Origin: Macrostomum lignano | Taxonomy: Eukaryota | NCBI GenBank assembly: GCA_002269645.1 | Contig: NIVC01001445.1 | Location: 1-64,000, forward strand | Reading direction: 5' to 3' | Length of the DNA stretch: 64,000 nt | In this document: positions 61,212 to 64,000 of the stretch, piece by piece | Layout of the letters: every line of letters starts with the position of its first letter | Position numbering within the stretch: position 1 is the stretch's first letter | Notes under the pieces: generated by a model | What the model was told of the DNA's origin: nothing | Databases searched by the model: none | Seen by the model: only the letters and a program-made list of their open reading frames with translations | Position numbers and translations under genes: made by a program

Positions 61212-63495
61212 ACACACCCCAACCCGCACCCTGCCGCAGGCCGCAGCCGCCGGCTGCTACACGAGCGCGAGCACCGGATCCACCTGCTGGAGACCGAGTG
61301 CTTCCAGAGTCAGGTGGAGGAAATCGAGCGGCTCCGCAAGGAGCTGGGCGCCCTCGCCAGCGGCAGCGGCGGCGGATACCGGAAGGAGGACGCCAACACG
61401 CTGAACGAGATGCACGGCCTGCGGTCGGAGATACTCGGCCTGAAACGGGACATCCAGCAGCGCGAGGACACCATCATGCGCCTGCAGCGGGAGTGCAACG
61501 AGCGACACAGCGGCGGTGGCGGCGGCGGCCTCGGTAGGTCGGCGTCGACCTCCGATTATGAGCGGCTGCGGGAGGAGCACTCGCGCTGCGGCCAGACCAT
61601 CGCCGAGTTGAGGCGGTGAGCAGCTTGAGAATATTTTTTATTTGAGGCTTCTGTGTCTTTAATTCCTGAGTCCGCAAGATCCCAGAGTCCCGAATCCTAG
61701 ATCCCATATTCCCATATCTTAGATCCCGGAGTCCCATATCTTAGATCCCGGAGTCCCATATCTTAGATCCCGGAGTCCCATATCTTAGATCCCGGAGTCC
61801 CATATCTTAGATCCCGGAGTCCCATATCTTAGATCCCAGAGTTCCGTATCATAGATCCCAGAGTCCCAAAATCCTAGAGTTCCGGGGATCTTTAATCCTT
61901 GGATCTTAGAGTCCCGTATCTTTGATCTTAGAGTCCCGTATCTTAGATCCCATAGTCCCGTATCTTGGATCTTAGAGTCCCGTATCTTGGATCTTAGAGT
62001 CCCGTATCTTGGATCTTAGAGTCCCGTATCTTAGATCCCATAGTCCCGTATCTTGGATCTTAGAGTCCCGTATCTTAGATCTTAGAGTCCCGTATCTTAG
62101 ATCTTAGAGTCCCGTATCTTAGATCCCATAGTCCCGTATCTTGGATCTTAGAGTCCCGTATCTTGGATCTTAGAGTCCCGTATCTTGGATCTTAGAGTCC
62201 CGTATCTTGGATCTTGGAGTCCCGTATCTTGGATCTTAGAGTCCCGTATCTTGGATCCCTAAGTCCCGTATCTTAGATCCCAGATCCCATATCTTAGATC
62301 CCAGAGTCCCGTATCTTAGATCTCAAAGTCCCGAATCCTAGATCCCAGAATCCCGTATTCTAGATCCCAGAGTCCCGTATCTTAGATTCCAAAGTCCCGA
62401 ATCCTAGATCCCAGAATCCCGTATTCTAGATCCCAGAGTCCCGTATCTTAGATTCCAAAGTCCCGAATCCTAGATCCCAGAATCCCGTATCCTAGATCCC
62501 AGAGTCCCGTATCTTAGATTCCAAAGTCCCGAATCCTAGATCCCAGAATCCCGTATCCTAGATCCCAGAGTCCCGATTCTTTGATTCCAAAGTCCCGTAT
62601 ATTTAATCCCTGAATCCTGTGTCTTTAATCGATCCCTGAGTTTCTATCCTAGACCTCGGAGTCCCGTATCTTAGATCCCAGACCAAGTCAAAGATTAAGT
62701 CCCATATCCCAAACCAACTTGAACCCAAACCACATCCGCCAATCTCCATCAGGGAGCTGGAAAAGCGCGAGCGCGACCTTCGCAGCCTGGAGCAGCAGCT
62801 GGACCGGCAGATGCTGGAGCTGCTGGAGTCCAAGGAGGAGGCGCTGATGTCCTCGGTGTGCGAGAAGGACGCCAACATCGCCCTGCTGGAGATCACAGTG
62901 CAGAGCCGGGGCGCCAATCCGCAGGTGCAAAATCAGATCAGGCGGTTCAGCGATGAGAAGATGAAGCTGCAGGCCCAGCTGCAGCAGCTGGTGAGGCTTG
63001 CTGAAATCACATCGTTTGCTTCGGTTTCCCTAATTTGGGATGCTATAGAATCATTTATCCTGTTTGATTAAAAATCCCCATTTTAGGATATTCCAAAATT
63101 AGAATCCTGGTTGATTAAAAATCCCTACTTTGGGATATTCCAAAATTAAAATCCTGTTTGATTAAAAATCCCCGTTTTTCTAGGGAAAAGTGGATTTAGA
63201 ATCCCCTTTTTCAAGCTCAAATCTTTAGTTTTTGTTCGTAATTTCAACTAATCAAACTTACTTGACTAATTTATTCGAGGCCAACTCAAAGATGAAGCTG
63301 AAGGAGCAACAGCAGAAGAGGCTGAGCCAAGGCGGCGGAGGTGGCGGCGGCGGCATGCTGGTGAACAGCGGGGGCGGAGGCTACGGGATGGTTGGCCAGC
63401 AGCAGCAGCAGCAGCAGCAGCAGTCTCAGCAACAGCCGCAGCAGCAGCTGGGGAAGCCAACCTACATGGGTCCCGGGCTCGGCTCCCTGCGCTAG
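33312..63495 (+). CDS. ERC: ELKS/CAST/ERC (Bruchpilot-family) presynaptic active-zone coiled-coil protein, 18 coding exons, ~1775 aa
   Basis: ERC-family motifs: [14 protein letters not shown]; [41 protein letters not shown]; [34 protein letters not shown]; [18 protein letters not shown]. All 17 introns are GT-AG with matching phases, and the summed CDS of 5328 nt is divisible by 3. Confidence 0.9.
33689..33890 (+). repeat. 32-bp tandem repeat spanning the ERC exon1/intron1 junction (7 AG|GTGAGAGT sites)
   Basis: The unit is the first 15 nt of the intron plus the last 17 nt of the exon. Confidence 0.95.
34665..34865. repeat. 33-bp minisatellite x6 (CCAGCCTCCCAGATCCTCAGTTGCTGGGC...)
   Basis: Direct tandem repeats. 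Confidence 0.85.
35380..36195. repeat. (TCTG)n compound microsatellite
   Basis: Direct observation. Confidence 0.95.
36246..36636 (+). CDS. ERC: ERC exon 2 (alternative in-frame acceptor at 36252)
   Basis: [30 protein letters not shown]; donor CAG|GTGCGC. Confidence 0.8.
36650..37460. repeat. 20-bp minisatellite (ATCGCCAAATCTCATAGAGA)n
   Basis: Fills ERC intron 2. Confidence 0.95.
37480..37753 (+). CDS. ERC: ERC exon 3
   Basis: [28 protein letters not shown]; phase 0/1. Confidence 0.85.
37860..38395. repeat. 14-bp minisatellite (ATGACCACTGCTCT / ATGACCCCTACTCA)n
   Basis: Fills ERC intron 3. Confidence 0.9.
38488..38652 (+). CDS. ERC: ERC exon 4
   Basis: [23 protein letters not shown]; phase 1/1. 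Confidence 0.9.
38863..39060. repeat. 16-bp minisatellite (TCACCCTGTCTCCCTC)n; inverted partner at 41650-41990
   Basis: The unit is the reverse complement of GAGGGAGACAGGGTGA. Confidence 0.85.
39670..40330. repeat. 14-bp minisatellite (GAGAATCCCAATCT/CAGTCT)n
   Basis: Direct tandem repeats. Confidence 0.95.
40692..41372. repeat. 97-bp tandem repeat x7, almost identical copies
   Basis: The GTTTCCCTCTC anchor recurs at 40694, 40791, 40888, 40985, 41082, 41179 and 41276. Confidence 0.95.
41650..41990. repeat. 16-bp minisatellite (GAGGGAGACAGGGTGA)n
   Basis: Reverse complement of the 38863-39060 array. Confidence 0.85.
41995..42280. repeat. 34-bp tandem repeat x~8 (GACAGGGGAGAGGTAGACAGGGAGTGGCCTCTCA)
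   Basis: Direct tandem repeats. Confidence 0.9.
42515..43066 (+). CDS. ERC: ERC exon 5
   Basis: [28 protein letters not shown]; phase 1/1. Confidence 0.92.
43080..44050. repeat. (ATTG)n compound microsatellite
   Basis: Direct observation. Confidence 0.95.
44545..44900. repeat. 19-bp G-rich minisatellite (GTATAGAGGGAGGGGTAGA)n
   Basis: Direct tandem repeats. Confidence 0.9.
45024..45412 (+). CDS. ERC: ERC exon 6
   Basis: [24 protein letters not shown]; phase 1/0. Confidence 0.88.
45470..45970. repeat. 20-21-bp minisatellite (CCCCATCCCTTGAGGAATCT)n
   Basis: Direct tandem repeats. Confidence 0.95.
46244..46681 (+). CDS. ERC: ERC exon 7
   Basis: [25 protein letters not shown]; phase 0/0. 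Confidence 0.88.
46700..47912. repeat. (GACA)n followed by a 14-bp minisatellite (GACAGGCACTAACA / GACAGGCACTGACA)n
   Basis: Fills ERC intron 7. Confidence 0.95.
47927..48394 (+). CDS. ERC: ERC exon 8
   Basis: [29 protein letters not shown]; phase 0/0. Confidence 0.88.
48430..48856. repeat. ~20-bp minisatellite (GAGTGAGATATGGAGAGGTA)n
   Basis: Fills ERC intron 8. Confidence 0.95.
48877..48993 (+). CDS. ERC: ERC exon 9
   Basis: [21 protein letters not shown]; TTCCAG acceptor, AGG|GTGAGT donor. Confidence 0.85.
49570..50014 (-). repeat. 3' LTR (445 bp)
   Basis: Differs from the 5' LTR, by eye, only by one G/C substitution and one G-run indel. Confidence 0.97.
50015..50027 (-). other. Polypurine tract AAGGAGGGGAGGA
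   Basis: Immediately abuts the 3' LTR on the minus strand. Confidence 0.9.
51231..51968 (-). CDS. Integrase C-terminal remnant (out of frame with pol after the deletion), GPY/F-type module, no chromodomain
   Basis: [67 protein letters not shown]. Confidence 0.85.
   Translation of the reverse strand: MIAPSLLAYRSSVHRGTGYTPYYMLYAKEMRLPVDIGNLPEAVPADAPEYLLSLGHRLAEAHSHVRQNLQYYQRKQKIIYDSRVRGPTIEVGDSVLEYSPALQPNEAAKFHNYWKGPAEVVEKLSDVNFRILHQNSRKSRVVHYNNLRKVPQRPVELQAPRLPEQRRRKRKGQRAVVVVSEEPQESEPDSDGDDSQFVYVPAAVHQDIQAPQDQPVHAAAPLASPRGLRPRRNNPPARYGDPVLY
51969..54831 (-). CDS. pol: Retrotransposon pol: aspartic protease, reverse transcriptase, RNase H, integrase Zn finger and start of the core
   Basis: CLLDSGS (PR); [46 protein letters not shown] (RT); LDTDAS..ELLAIV..SDHKAL (RH); H..GHLG..C..C and CDIVGPLP (IN). 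Confidence 0.95.
54777..55723 (-). CDS. gag: Retrotransposon gag (capsid plus two CCHC zinc knuckles), split by a 1-nt frameshift at 55260-55262
   Basis: [47 protein letters not shown], then [41 protein letters not shown] in the adjacent frame. Confidence 0.9.
54788..54831 (-). promoter_or_regulatory. -1 programmed ribosomal frameshift signal: G GGA AAC, 6-nt spacer, 9-bp GC stem
   Basis: The heptamer at 54825-54831 is in the gag frame (QGN), and the -1 frame is the pol ORF (GKRDGGP). Stem arms GGGGCCCGG/CCGGGCCCC at 54810-54818 and 54788-54796. Confidence 0.8.
55828..55847 (-). other. Primer-binding site complementary to the 3' end of tRNA-His
   Basis: TGGTGCCGTGACCAGGATTC lies 2 nt inside the 5' LTR and is complementary to ...GAATCCTGGTCACGGCA-CCA, the 3' end of metazoan tRNA-His(GUG) as I recall it. 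Confidence 0.8.
55850..56293 (-). repeat. 5' LTR (444 bp)
   Basis: See the 3' LTR. Confidence 0.97.
56361..56722 (+). mobile_element. tRNA-derived SINE, full length (~360 bp)
   Basis: A-box TAGCCCAGCGG (56370-56380), B-box-like GGCTCGATTCC (56413-56423), unique body, TAATAAAAAAAA tail and a 14-bp TSD TAGTTTGTTAGTTA (56347-56360 and 56723-56736). Confidence 0.75.
56725..57050. repeat. (TTAG)n microsatellite
   Basis: Direct observation. Confidence 0.95.
57241..57366 (+). CDS. ERC: ERC exon 10
   Basis: [25 protein letters not shown]; donor GTG|GTGAGC. Confidence 0.85.
57525..57653 (+). CDS. ERC: ERC exon 11
   Basis: [20 protein letters not shown]; donor AAT|GTGAGT. Confidence 0.87.
57660..57990. 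repeat. 23-bp minisatellite (ATTGTGTCAGTAGTGTGCTGCGG)n
   Basis: About 14 copies filling intron 11. Confidence 0.95.
58040..58305 (+). CDS. ERC: ERC exon 12
   Basis: [24 protein letters not shown]; phase 0/2. Confidence 0.87.
58380..58870. repeat. Minisatellite built on ATTAGAAGCTCCTGACAC
   Basis: Fills intron 12. Confidence 0.9.
58915..59269 (+). CDS. ERC: ERC exon 13
   Basis: [25 protein letters not shown]; phase 2/0. Confidence 0.87.
59290..59815. repeat. Degenerate minisatellite built on CTGAGTCCC
   Basis: Fills intron 13. Confidence 0.85.
59858..60083 (+). CDS. ERC: ERC exon 14
   Basis: [26 protein letters not shown]; phase 0/1. Confidence 0.87.
60160..60550. repeat. ~29-31-bp minisatellite (CAGCTGCCCCTGCATGAGAATCG(T)CCCCC)n
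   Basis: Fills intron 14. Confidence 0.95.
60570..60794 (+). CDS. ERC: ERC exon 15
   Basis: [22 protein letters not shown]; phase 1/1. Confidence 0.87.
60810..61212. repeat. (GT)n plus (GTCT)n microsatellite
   Basis: Direct observation. Confidence 0.95.
61240..61615 (+). CDS. ERC: ERC exon 16
   Basis: [24 protein letters not shown]; phase 1/2. Confidence 0.85.
61680..62680. repeat. 21-22-bp minisatellite (GAGTCCCGTATCTTAGATCCCA)n
   Basis: Fills intron 16. Confidence 0.95.
62753..62990 (+). CDS. ERC: ERC exon 17 (conserved ERC C-terminal motif)
   Basis: [31 protein letters not shown]. Confidence 0.92.
63280..63495 (+). CDS. ERC: ERC exon 18 (Gly-rich and poly-Gln tail, TAG stop)
   Basis: ANSKMKLKE continues the ERC 'QNRMKL'-like motif. 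The acceptor is a less common GAG. Confidence 0.7.
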   Translation, partial: ANSKMKLKEQQQKRLSQGGGGGGGGMLVNSGGGGYGMVGQQQQQQQQQSQQQPQQQLGKPTYMGPGLGSLR

Positions 63496-64000
63496 CGGTA
63501 ACTCAAACCTCGAGATCGAAGGCCCCCCGCGCATGTAAATTGTCCACCATCCCCTTCCTTTGCTTTTTTCAATTTTATCACTTTTTTCTCCTACCTGCGT
63601 ATCAGCTCTGCGTCTGTCCGTCTGTCTAGTCTAGCTGGCTTTTTGGTCTATTAAATTTTACATATTTTAATAATTATTTCTAGCTGTTATTGAATTATAT
63701 CTTTTTTTAGCTAGCATGGTCTGTTCTTATTAGTCCGCGCTGCAATCTAGTCTTTTTATATTTGATACATTTTCATAGTAAATTTTTCATCTCCTCTATA
63801 TACTACTCACACTAGCGTTGCTGGTCAGTAGTCAGTTTTAGTTTTGTAAAATCTCTTTTAACGCGTATTTTGATAAAGACTGCTATTGTTCTATACACAG
63901 TTCTCAGTGCTGCAGACTCTGTTGTTGCATTCTAGTAACTGCTTTCTCTTCTGTTTCCATAGCAACCGTTTTATTCATTAATTTTTAACCCTTGAAATTA

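Noticed and set aside
61240-61247. Second tandem acceptor for ERC exon 16
   Set aside because: The 7-nt offset would shift the frame, unlike the in-frame 36246/36252 pair.

Overview
Eukaryotic (metazoan) genomic DNA with GC-rich exons and repeat-filled introns. The style suggests a free-living flatworm such as Macrostomum, but that is inference only. Genes: the 3' four exons of syntaxin-1 (5.7-6.9 kb, +); the 3' end of an uncharacterised RS/PY-motif gene whose TAA is followed by 164 more open in-frame codons (8.9-10.1 kb, +); a disrupted neprilysin/ECE-like M13 peptidase (10.5-12.7 kb, -); a small secreted single-WSC-domain protein (13.6-14.1 kb, +); an orphan alanine-rich two-exon segment (23.7-25.0 kb, +); and an 18-exon, ~1775-aa ELKS/CAST/ERC (Bruchpilot-family) active-zone gene (33.3-63.5 kb, +) whose exon phases I reconstructed by hand. 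Mobile DNA: a very young Ty3/Gypsy LTR retrotransposon antisense in ERC intron 9 (near-identical LTRs, TTAT TSD, tRNA-His PBS, GGGAAAC -1 frameshift site with stem, deleted integrase core); a tRNA-derived SINE with a 14-bp TSD; two Mutator-like foldback MITEs with perfect 9-bp TSDs; a deleted Tc1/mariner-type element; and a small hairpin MITE. Most ERC introns carry their own tandem repeat. Several repeats are built from splicing signals: a 7-fold reiterated AG|GTGAGAGT junction, a donor-derived 23-mer and ~30 ACTAAC branch-point/STAR motifs. No prokaryotic features, rRNA or CRISPR arrays were seen.
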